A stretch of 64,000 nt of DNA from Macrostomum lignano (Eukaryota): NCBI GenBank assembly GCA_002269645.1, contig NIVC01002975.1, positions 63,999 through 127,998 of the forward strand. Reading direction: 5' to 3'. Below, piece after piece: positions 38,261 to 52,879 of the stretch. How positions within the stretch are numbered: position 1 is the stretch's first letter; every line of letters begins with the position of its first letter. Both the position numbers and the translations under genes were made by a program. The notes beneath the pieces were generated by a model, which saw only the letters and a program-made list of their open reading frames with translations, made no database searches and was not told the DNA's origin.

Positions 38261-41200
38261 AATGGACGGCCGCTGAGAGAGGTCAGCTAAATTCAATTAC
38301 CTTCTTAGATATCAACTTACGGGCGAGACGTGGCGCCATATTGCCCCATAAAGCCATTTTTCGTTTCGTTGTCTTTATATCGTTTCTGATCATGTTTTCT
38401 TATGGCGGCTCATCTATCTACCCGTAAAGGCTGACTTGACTCTACAAAAGCATAATAGCGGACTATTTCTGCAATGAAATATTTTTTCAAGAACCAAGCA
38501 CAGCTGGTCTAGCAAAAGAAGCTAAGTAAAGAAAAATCTTAGTGGGTCAACACGGACACCGAATTCTTATTTTCATTCACGCAATAAACTTTTCTTCTAG
38601 CATGAAAAAGCCAAAGCAAAATGTTAGAAGCAGCAAGAAGTCAGCTGAGCACAGACCCGATTCAATCTTTCGGTTTTGGCGCAGAAATCAGAAATAACTA
38701 AGAAATCAGTCAAACTGATCCCCAGCTAACCTAGTTTTCATTTTTTTTCAAAATTCCTTCCTCCTCGGATTGAATTGCCAGCCGCACAAATAATTGAGGT
38801 CAATTTTTTTAAAGAATAAAGTTGACGCCAGCTAGCTTGAGTTGTCTCTCGAGCGCATCCCCTAATGCGGGGAGTCCAGTGGGGGTATCAGTTTCGCACA
38901 CGTGTGACCCATCCCGGATAAGGCATTTAAGGCTTAGCTGTTGCGCGCAGCAAGTCGACCGGTCGGTGTATTTATTAAGACAGGAGAAAGACGGCCACCG
39001 GGGTTCAATTTACTGGCGCACGGTGCAGGTAAGCCAGAGATACCTATCTAATCATAAGGCGCGTGACATTTCCCTTAGCCCAGTGGAGCTACAGAGAGAG
39101 AGGGGGTAAAGAAATTCGAGAGCATTCGACGCGCGCACCTCAACAATTAACAGATTGGTCATATGGCCTGTTGGGATAAAGCTAAGAGCAAGGTCGACGA
39201 CTTAAGTAGACGGATGGGAACTTCGTTTCTTAGAAAATCTCTATGGAAGCTGGATTTAAGCGAAAACTACACTACCGAGATAGGAACTTTTCACGTCTTA
39301 TCTTTATTATAGATATGGTTTTCAAAGAAACGATATGTCCCGTCCTACTCAAGACGTCTTTGAGCAGGAGAAACTCACTAAATAGCTAGGCCTACCCTAA
39401 TAGTTGACGCGACTATTTCATACGAAATCAAAAAACCGCAGGCCACTTGCCGCGTCACTCAAGTAAGCAGCAGCTGGCCTCAGCCAGCCTGTCTCTGCTT
39501 GAGCATATTAACCACCAGGCCTGACCGTGTGGGTAAAAGCAATTCCGCTGATGAAGTACCGCTTTTGATCTCGTTGACGGATAAAAGTTGGCTATCGACA
39601 GCGGCAGCACTTCAAATCCACTTTACTTATTCGTGACTTGCCTGCTCAATAGTAGAGGATATACACTCTCTACTTTCTCCTTCACTTTCTAGCTAAGGGG
39701 AATAGGGTAGCACCAGTTGTTTGCCCACTTCAATGGCGGGGTGGCTGGGGTTGCGATCATGGACAGATAGGCTGAAGATATTAAGATAGAAGATTTCTTA
39801 ACACAAGCGGAGGTGGAAGGGCCCCGGGCGGCGGGAACGGCGAGCTGGACTGGCGGTAGTGGGAGAGTCAAACAATGCCGCGGATGTTGGGAACATTTTC
39901 GGGTTCACGTGGCGCCTTTACCTTCTTCTCTCTCTCTCATAACTATTTGTCCTAGCATATCAGCTTTCCCATGCTAGTCTGGGGATCGGCAGCAGGCAGG
40001 CAGTCAATTATCAAGCCTTCATCAGTCTAAGGCTCTATCATCCCCAAATTAAGACATTGTGTGCGCGTGTGTGTGCTAGGCAAGCCGCAAAGAGGCCGGG
40101 TCAGAGGTCGGACAGGAACTTGCAGCGCATAAGAGAGCAATTTATATATTTTAATGCATCATCATTAAGCGACCTAAACTAGCAAATTTTCTGTCAAAAT
40201 TAAAGGCAACACAAAATCGCAAGAAAGTAGGGGGGGGGGGAGAGAACTGGGTTTAAGCAGGAATAAGAAGTAAAATCAGGGGATTCTGTGGAAAATTACA
40301 GAAGAAAGTCCTACATGATTAGGAAATCTGGAGGGGACTGGAGGTTAGGAGCGAATCTAATATATAAAAAAACGAACAGGAAGGTCACCCCTAAGAGTGT
40401 CTGGGGCGATGGGAGGCCAACATGTGCGAGAAGGACCAACAATTCAATGAGACGCGATGCGACAGTTTGCGCAGATGAGGGGACATTGCGGGCCCTAGAC
40501 AACCACAGCAGCACTCCACTTCACAATTCAGCAATTCTTTAACAATGCCCCGCGACACACCACAGCTTCCACTTAAATGAAACTGGTTTGCAAGTGGCAT
40601 TCAACACCATTTTCTCAGCTTCCGTTTCTTGTTCCCTCTTAAACCAGAAACTTCTCTACAATTAAACAGCTGCAGCGTCAAATCCAGACTCGCGATTGCG
40701 GCTTAGCAACCAGTATTGAGGAAATTCCGATCCTCGCTCTCAACAACTCCTCTCGCGCCACGAGGATCCTGGCGGTCAAAGGCCACACGGAGGACAAGCT
40801 TGATTGACAATCGCCTTAGCGCGGCGGGGGGCGGTGCGGCGATACTCGACCCTTTATAATACCAGAGACTCTCACCGCGCTCCCTGCAGATCACTGTTGC
40901 TAAAAGATTAACCCCTCCATCTTTTGTGCTCAGCAAACGTCAGTCACCTGTTTTCTATAATTCCACAACTGGAAAGGATGGCTGCCTGCTTAAACAGGCA
41001 GTGTATCCGCCTGGATACAGCTTAGAAAAAGCAGACTAAGAGCAGCAAGAATAACATCGTACTCAGCTCAGTGTGGTGGGTTTGAACAACGGGATTTTTA
41101 TTCATTTAAAATCCTCCATGGGAACAGAGAAGAGAAAAAACAATCAGTCAAGGTTTGCAACGTTCTGAACAGAAGCCCAGCACTTCAACATGCTCAAAAA

Positions 41201-41399
41201 AACCTTAGCCCGCATGGAGACAGGCATTCCTTTGTGCAGGTCACGCGCATGGCACATAAAAAATTAACTGTTTTTATATCTGACTTCTGCCCACAGCTTT
41301 GATTAGTCAGTTGGACTTTGAATATCAAGTGGATTTCAAAGTCATTTTTAGGTCAAAAAGGTTGTATCGAATATTAATTACGCAAAGTTTATATAATTT

Positions 41400-41905
41400 A
41401 AGCCTCAGATTCTCCAGGACAGGGCAGCCGCTACAGCCTCAGATTCTACAGGACAGGGCAGCCGCTACAGCCTCAGATTCTACAGGACAGGGCAGCCGCT
41501 ACAGCCTCAGATTCTACAGGACAGGGCAGCCGCTACAGCCTCAGATTCTACAGGACAGGGCAGCCGCTACAGCCTCAGATTCTACAGGACAGGGCAGCCG
41601 CTACAGCCTCAGATTCTACAGGACAGGGCAGCCGCTACAGCCTCAGATTCTACAGGACAGGGCAGCCGCTACAGCCTCAGATTCTACAGGACAGGGCAGC
41701 CGCTACAGCCTCAGATTCTACAGGACAGGGCAGCCGCTACAGCCTCAGATTCTACAGGACAGGGCAGCCGCTACAGCCTCAGATTCTACAGGACAGGGCA
41801 GCCGCTACAGCCTCAGATTCTACAGGACAGGGCAGCCGCTACAGCCTCATTCTACAGGACAGGGCAGCCGCTACAGCCTCAGATTCTACAGGACAGGGCA
41901 GCCGC
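41400..41905. repeat. 34-bp minisatellite (CAGCCTCAGATTCTACAGGACAGGGCAGCCGCTA), ~15 near-identical copies
   Basis: Directly visible. Confidence 0.97.
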
Positions 41906-42749
41906 TAAATAATAGGAAATTTTTCTTATAAATAATTAAACTGATACTCGATCTTCTCTCCAAATATTCCTTAAAGAGTTTTTATCTCCGCTAAACAGAC
42001 GAGTCCGATCAACTGTTGCATAAGCTTGAGTCGCATCGCATCTGAAGAATAAGGCAAACATGCATCAATTGAGCGAATCCTCCTGTAGCTATCATTACTA
42101 TGATTATTAGACAGAGTTTTCACATTCAAAGCCTACCCCAACACCCGAGCTGACACAAAACAAGAAGTCAAAGTCAAACGAAGCGTTAAAACAGATTTGG
42201 GCGCCAGTGATCAGCGAGAGCAGCGGATAACAGACAGGATTTGGATAATTATAGCGCAGAGCCAGACAAGGAGGCGAGCCAGTTTCAGGCCAGGATGCGA
42301 ATGACAGTGAAAAGACTGACCGAGCCTTGAACTGGGCCGCCAGAGCGCAGAAATGAGTTTTGAGAAAATTTTAGAAAGCAAACGACCGCGGCGAAGTCTT
42401 ATAAAAGCTAAACTGACAGGGGGAAATCTCTCCCAACCCTCACCGCCCAGTCTATCGCTCACTTTCTGGAGTGTAATTATAATGTGCGATAATATATAGC
42501 AAATCCTATCCAGGATATCAGATCTAGCTATTTATAAATCACAATAACCATTACTGCTAAATGACATCATGATTCCATCCTCTGCGTGCTCAGACTTGAA
42601 AGCATTAAAATTAATCATGGAAAGAAAAGATCAATAAGGAAGTAATTCAAATTAGCGATTATTAATTTCAGTGAGCATGGCTTTTCTACAGATATCAACT
42701 GTGCGATCCTGTGAACTAGAAAAATGATAAAATTTTGAAGAATTTGCAC

Positions 42750-44020
42750 AGTCAGTAAGCATTACACAAACCAGTAAGCAATGCACAAACCCGTCTCACT
42801 ACACTAGCCAGTAAGCACTACACAAGCCAGTAAGCACTACACAAGCCAGTATCATTACACAAGCCAGTATCATTACACAAGTCAGTATAATTACACAAGC
42901 CAGTATCATTACACAAGTCAGTATCACTACACAAGCCAGTATCACTACACAAGCCAGTATCACTACACAAGCCAGTATCATTACACAAGCCAGTATCACT
43001 ACACAAGCCAGTATCATTACACAAGCCAGTATCATTACACAAGCCAGTAAGCACTACAAAAGTCAGTATAATTACACAAGCCAGTATCATTACACAAGTC
43101 AGTATAATTACACAAGCCAGTATCATTACACAAGTCAGTATCATTACACAAGCCAGTATCATTACACAAGCCAGTAAGAACTACACAAGTCAGTATCATT
43201 ACACAAGCCAGTAAGCACTACACAAGCCAGTATCATTACAAGCCAGTATCATTACAAGCCAGTATCATTACAAGCCAGTATCATTACAAGCCAGTATCAT
43301 TACAAGCCAGTATCATTACAAGCCAGTATCATTACAAGCCAGTATCATTACAAGCCAGTATCATTACAAGCCAGTATCATTACAAGCCAGTATCATTACA
43401 AGCCAGTATCATTGCAAGCCAGTATCATTACAAGCCAGTATCATTACACAAGCCAGTATCATTACACAAGCCAGTATCATTACACAAGCCAGTAAGAACT
43501 ACACAAGTCAGTTTCATTACACAAGCCAGTAAGAACTACACAAGCCAGTATCATTACACAAGCCATGCAGTAAGCACTACACAAGCCAGTATCATTACAC
43601 AAGCCATTCAGTAAGCACTACACAAGCCAGTATCATTACACAAGCCAGTAAGCACTGCACAAGCCAGTATCATTACAAGCCAGTGTCATTACACAAGCCA
43701 GTGTCATTACACAAGCCAGTAAGCACTACAAAAGCCAGTATCATTACAAGCCAGTATCATTACAAGCCAGTATCATTACACAAGCCAGTGTCATTACACA
43801 AGCCAGTGTCATTACACAAGCTAGTAAGCACTACACAAGCCAGCATCATTACACAAGCCAGTGTCATTACACAAGCCAGTGTCATTACACAAGCTAGTAA
43901 GCACTACACAAGCCAGCATCATTACACAAGCCAGTGTCATTACACAAGCCAGTGTCATTACACAAGCTAGTAAGCACTACACAAGCCAGCATCATTACAC
44001 AAGCAGCCAGTAAGCACTAA
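42750..44020. repeat. 16-18-bp minisatellite (ACACAAGCCAGTATCATT)
   Basis: Directly visible. Confidence 0.97.
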
Positions 44021-44884
44021 GCCCCTATCCAATTGAGCACCTCCTCTATCTTTGATTGTATCCGTATAGAAGATAATTATTAATAATTGCATCGCATGAC
44101 CATGCAATTAGCACACACGCAGTGAAGTTGAAACTAGAAATTGACTTGTCAAAAGTTAAGAATACCCCTAGCAGGAATATTGAACAAGAACAGGGAACAC
44201 AGACAGAGGTGTTAAAGAAACCAGATGCGGGCTGAAGGTTCACTAATAGCCGATTTGTGTTAATAAAAACAGAATTAAACAATCAAGCTGCTTTAGTATT
44301 CCTGGGATAACATAATTTGCCAGCAGGTTCTGTTTGATCCCCAAACCCTAACCCGAACGAACAATCCGCGGTATAAAAATTGTGTGAAAGGCTTCCAGAA
44401 AGCTTGGGGGTGACGGAAATCAGGCAGCCTACAAGCCTGCCTGCCAGCGTGCAATCAATGCAATGTCCACCCAGACAGTAGGTAATGATTCAGGTCACGC
44501 ACAGGCGCTTACTGTGTATTGCTATGCGTAACAATTAAATAGCAAGGACTTTGCATTGAACATCCTGTTAGGAATTGCGCAGACAGATGGACATCTTAGA
44601 GGAGGTCAATGCTGGGATTAAATCAGATGAAAATCGAGATTAAGATAGTATAGCACTGGCATAACAATAACGATGACATCGTTTTAATTTGAGCGGTAAG
44701 AAAAGTATTTCGATTGTTCCCTTTACTACTGAATAGTAGAAATCGAAGAAGTTATACAGTAAAGCCGATTTATAAGACGAAAATACTTCATTATGATTTC
44801 TAAGAGTGCGATTTGTGATAAAAGTGTCAGGACTAATGCTCATGAGGTAGGGGCGATTTTCATGATGTAGGCTAAGAGAAGAGG

Positions 44885-47745
<2,861 letters not shown>

Positions 47746-48324
47746 AACGAAGGCTGATCGATAAGGCAGCTAAAGCGTCAAACCTAGCCTACCTGCCTAC
47801 TAGTAGTAAAGAGCAAAGCAATGCATCGAATTTGCTATCCAGACAAGCAAAATATGTCGCATTTAATGCTGAAATAACACAGATTTATGTAGCGCCTGAA
47901 GGCAATAAATACACAGCTTGAAATAGAATTGGCAGACGCTATTATAATAAATGTTTCATGACACAGAATGCTGAAGCGCGCAAAAATCGATGACACACAA
48001 AATTAAGTTTTGTGGTCGGCAAGTCGGCAGGGCCAATCAATCAATTGGAAATGTTGTCAGACAAAAACAGCAAAATGAAACAAAGCAAACAAACATCAAC
48101 AATACAGACAATTTTATTTGCACGGCAGCATTATTTTTTGTTCGATAAAATGAAAATGAGCAGAAAGAAAACTAATAATGCGGAAGACAGCTCACAACAG
48201 AAACATGAAGTGAAAATGAGCATCAACTATTTGAATCTTGATCGGATTGGCTACAAGCTCAATAAATTAGATTTATTTTTTAACTTAGAATAGTTTTGTG
48301 AAATAATCATTCAGAAGACTTTAG

Positions 48325-48695
48325 TGGTGATTCAGAGACAGCACTGCGGACCTCATAAGGCTGATTATTCAGAGACAGCACTGCGGACTCCATAAGGCCG
48401 ATTATTCAGAGACAGCACTGCGGACTCCATAAGGCCGATTATTCAGAGACAGCACTATGGACTCCATAAGTCCGATAATTCAGAGACAGCACTGCGGACT
48501 CCATAAGGCCGATTATTCAGAGACAGCACTGTGGATTCCATAAGGCCGATTATTCAGAGACAGCACTATGGACTCCATAAGGCCGATTATTCAGAGACAG
48601 CACTGCGGACTCCATAAGGCCGATTATTCAGAGACAGCACTGCGGACTCCATAAGGCCGATTATTTAGAGACAGCACTGCAGACTCCATAAGGGC
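48325..48695. repeat. 37-bp minisatellite (CCATAAGGCCGATTATTCAGAGACAGCACTGCGGACT), ~10 copies
   Basis: Directly visible. Confidence 0.95.
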
Positions 48696-49179
48696 AAGTC
48701 AGAAACGATTAAATGAAAATTCAGGAGGCAATCTAGTGCTATCTCATCTCTATGCATACAAAAATTAATTTCCCTTTGCCTTAACAGACTTATACGAAGC
48801 TAAACGTACGAGCTACTCTAAAATTGAATGGAAAGTATTAGATTAAATCAGTTTAAACATAAAATTCCGCTTAAATAACAAACATGTCAAAGCAGGACTC
48901 TAATATTTCATAATTTAGCTTAAAATGTGGAAAAATATTGAGACAATGGATAAACATAAAGTTGATACGGACTCTACCAGCAAGTGAAACTAGTCAATTT
49001 TATGACCAGATTTACACAAATGAAAGATAAAATTAACGAGACTCAATCGGGTTAATCAGAATTCAATGTCGAATTTTTCCACATTCAAGTTGACCTCCGA
49101 AAATGAATAATAAAAACAACAAACGCGCTCTCTGCGCTCGCTACTTAAAGTAGGGCAGTAGCGCATATATACTAAATAT

Positions 49180-49345
49180 TCAATTGCGAACCAACGACCG
49201 GCCCAGCCTGCCGCCGCCGCCTCCTCCGTTGGCATCGAAGACGGTCACTTCGTCGTCTGCGTCGTCTTCATCAAGTCGCTGCATCTCCAGCTTGTCGGCG
49301 TCAACCAATCCGTAGCGACGAGACTTGCTAGCCCGGCGCCGCAGC
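49180..49345 (-). CDS. FAM174: FAM174-family membrane protein, last exon (cytoplasmic tail), intact and GC-rich
   Basis: caacAG acceptor, phase 2; LRRRASKSRRYGLVDADKLEMQRLDEDDADDEVTVFDAN resembles the FAM174A/B tail (K.RRYG...ME...L...D.DDD.TLFDA) as recalled. Confidence 0.8.
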
Positions 49346-51372
49346 CTGTTGGCAATTGCAAGCAAGTTGTGCACTACTGTCCTGACTGACAACAATTAGA
49401 TTATACATGTAGAACCAGGTACAAACTAGCATTTTAGAGACCTCAACTGGCAAGAATTAAAACCATTCCTACAAAGCTTTATTTAACATTTATAAAGTGT
49501 TCTAAAAAGTTTGTTGAACCATGTGCAATATGAAGAAATATTATAAATATTATGCAATTTTGTTAAAAACAATACTTAAATTTATCATTAATATATAGAG
49601 TATCAACCCAGATTTATTTAAATATATCAACACCACACTAGAAGCATTTAGTAGGATAAAACATCTTTGCAATGTCAATTTCATCTAAATCTAGCCATAT
49701 TGGAAAATGGTTTATCTACCTTGATGAAGAATTTATTGTTCTATGATCATATCTACTTGATCTACTGCTATTATATAATCTCTCTTTACTATTAATTTGC
49801 AACTTAATATCTATTGTGTTTATATGTATAATTTATAAACTTTTATTTATATATCCAAATCAATTATTTATAATCAGGTTCAGATCTAAAAAATTGAACT
49901 AATGGTTCAGGTTACTAAGGTACTTTGGCTTTGATTGTGTTACTCATAGAAAGAAAGAGAAAATCTAAATTGATAGAGGCATACCCTTTGTGTCTCCTAT
50001 ATTTGATGTTATTAATTATACAAAAATTAAAAAGGAAATATATACCTATTCTAATATATAAATTGTTTATTCCCTAGATGGACCACTCAGGTTTCTTGGG
50101 TGAGCCCATTAGACCCAATGTATCTCTTGAAAGTTTTAGTGACCATTGTCTACATATAGTTTAATTTCAATAGCTTAAGCATTAAGTGCATTGTACGATA
50201 ATCCATATATGTTATATATATTTATGTATTGAGTCTATATTGGCATGACACTACATCTTAAACTGTAGATGGTTGATTTTTTGTTTGGCTTGTCAATTCT
50301 ATTGCTGCTAATTGCAAAGCTAATGTCACCTATGTCAGTTCTTACTGTCTCTATAACAATAAAGGCTGTCTCATTGCTAGAATAGTTAACTTCCAAACTA
50401 TATATTCTTTCAATAAAACATAGGTGCTGCAGCCTCTCATATAGCAACTAAGCAAGTTTAAAACCCTTATCATTAATTTTCTATTGAGTACAGCTCATGT
50501 ATATAAATGGCTAACAACTATATATTTTTCCTTACTATGACAAAAAAGAATATCTATTCCCCATAGTTACAAAACTTAAACTCTCAGTGTCTGTGGTTAG
50601 CTTAAATAATTTTTCTAGCTTTGTAGGTTCAAATTTTTAATAGTTTGCATAGAGTGGCCTATCTATGTTCTATTCTGTTACCATTAAAAGCTTTGACTAT
50701 CTTGGTCATGCACCATAAAGTATGGCATAATGACTACCTCCAAATCCTTTAATTGCATTAGATATAAAGTATATGTTAAAAGTTTATTAATATTTCAAAA
50801 AATATATGCAAGGTGGTTAGTGAATAATTTATAAAAAAACAATGATCATTAGAATAGTACTTAGACTTTTAGTACATGTAGAATATATAGATAAAGCTTA
50901 AAATCAACATGGACAATACAAAACCAATTTTTTCAACCTTTTAAGGCCATTGTCAAGGTATATTTTATCAATAAAACATAAAACACTCAATAATATATAA
51001 ATGAAAATACAATCTATTTTCTATCTAAGAATCAAATCTTATTAGCAAAACTTTTAAAGACCTATTTATTTCCTAGAGTAAAGCCCTAAATTGTGAGTAG
51101 TGTTGAAAAGCCCACTAATCAGCGAGAAAGTGCCTCAGGGCAGAAAAATCACTTCAGGGCAGCAAAAACACATAAGGCTATGACCCTCTGATCCAATGAA
51201 TGCCCAGGACTGAGAGAAAACTTATAGGAGTAAATAAAGTAGACAGTGCCATTAGACCACTCAGGCCAAAGAGTACAGTACATGTACAGATGCTACTAAT
51301 ATAGAAGTAGGCACGCTACCAATAAGCATAAGTACATTGATACGAAAGTACATTAACCAATAGAGGGAAGCT

Positions 51373-52164
51373 CACCCCTATCACAACTTTGATGGCATTA
51401 TGAGATTATTTATAAAGACAGAAGTAACCCCTACATCAACTTTGGTGGCAGCGGTGGAATATTCAATAATAGGAAATAGAAAAGTAGCCCTACGTCAACT
51501 TTGGTGGCAGCGGTGGGATATTCAATAATAGGAAATAGAAAAGTAGCCCTACGTCAACTTTGGTGGCAGCGGTGGGATATTCAATAATAGGAAATAGAAA
51601 AGTAGCCCTATGTCAACCTTGGTGGCAGCGTAAAAAATCAGAGAAATTGCCAGAATCGAATAAATCAGAGAAACAGTAAAAGAAATTAGAAAGTAAGAAA
51701 TGGCCAATGCAAATGATGCGATTGTGATGCTAGCTGAAGAGCTAAGAAACAGGTTAGAGTTAGGACCACAAAGGCATGCAAAAATTTAGAAATTCACGCC
51801 AGGTCAAGATATCAGGATCTGGTTGACTGCCTTCGACCAGCGCTGTGAAGCTGAGGGTATCAAAGAAGATCACCAGAAGCAAGAGCTTCTCGCAAACCTT
51901 GACCTGGCTACTGCGTTTGCAGCAGTGCAGTGTCTGAACCTCCCAGATGATCTGGAATATGAAGTGTTTAAGGATAGACTTGTAGAATGCTTTGGCAGAA
52001 TTGGCAGTTCAGCAGAGTTTAGGGAAGAATTTAGAGGCCAGATGCAGGGCAGGAATGAGCCAGTAGAATCGTATACCAATTGCCTGATTGAGCTAGCTTT
52101 GTGAGCCTTCCAAAACATGACTTTGGAACAGCGGGAAGAAGAGATTGTGGAACAGTTTATTTAG
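51373..52164 (+). mobile_element. Ty3/gypsy-type LTR retrotransposon relic: LTR 3' end, tandem tRNA-Leu PBS copies and gag fragment
   Basis: PBS TGGTGGCAGCGGTGGGAT; gag frame 51700-52164 (KFTPGQDIRIWLTAFDQRC...MQGRNEPVESY..LIELAL*AF..EEIVEQFI*) with in-frame stops at 51787, 52102 and 52162. No pol or 3' LTR seen. Confidence 0.8.
51428..51630 (+). repeat. 59-bp direct repeats, each with an LTR-end-like CA and a tRNA-Leu PBS
   Basis: PBS starts at 51443, 51502, 51561 and 51620 (exact 59-bp spacing). Confidence 0.92.
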
Positions 52165-52659
52165 TCCTTTGCAAAAATAGACCAAACCTTGATAGTAATA
52201 GCCTTATAATTTTAGATTAAAAACAAAATGTTAGGGATAAAAGCCTTTTGTACAATCTTAATAATAGTAATAGGATCAATAATAGTAATAGGATAAAAAA
52301 GAACAATTTTTATAGCTAAGAATTAAGACCCCTATTAATATAAATGTAAATAAATACATAATTGTCTCTTGTATATAAGCCTACACACAAGTTCTATCTT
52401 TAAATATTTATTTATTGCTAAAATCCTAAAATTAAAATTATTGCAAAAATTTATATGTAAATCAACTGTTAGAATGACTTGAGTCTAACTATTTTAATAT
52501 CTTGTTTTTAGTGAATGACTAGCAATCTTGGCCCCCCGTTGGGGGACATCTGGATAGAATCTCTGTTCTCTACAAGTAACAAAAAGACAGCCAAATAATG
52601 CCTCACAAAGACGACAGACAAACTGCTCAAATAAAGTGTAATCCAAAAAGAAATCATCC

Positions 52660-52785
52660 CAAGACAGCAAGCATCCCCCAGATAGCAAGCATCCCCCAGA
52701 TTGCAAGCATCCCCCAGATAGCAAGCATCCCCCAGATAGCAAGCATCCCCCAGATAGCAAGCATCCCCAAATAGTAAGCATCCAC
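52660..52785. repeat. 18-bp tandem repeat (ATCCCCCAGATAGCAAGC)
   Basis: Directly visible. Confidence 0.9.
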
Positions 52786-52879
52786 CATACAATAAGTAGC
52801 TAGTGCTACAATTTCCTTAGCTTTATAGTGGCTCCTTTAAAATTGGCATGACGCTTACTTTTACGTTTGAAATTGTGTA

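Noticed and set aside
50235-50447. 70-aa minus ORF within the CpG-depleted domain, possibly decayed transposon coding sequence
   Set aside because: No motif I can assign; needs a translated search after in-silico reversal of T->C/A->G.
51180-51270. tRNA A-box-like TGGCCTGAGTGGTCTAATGGC on the minus strand
   Set aside because: No recognisable B-box or cloverleaf; at best a decayed SINE head.
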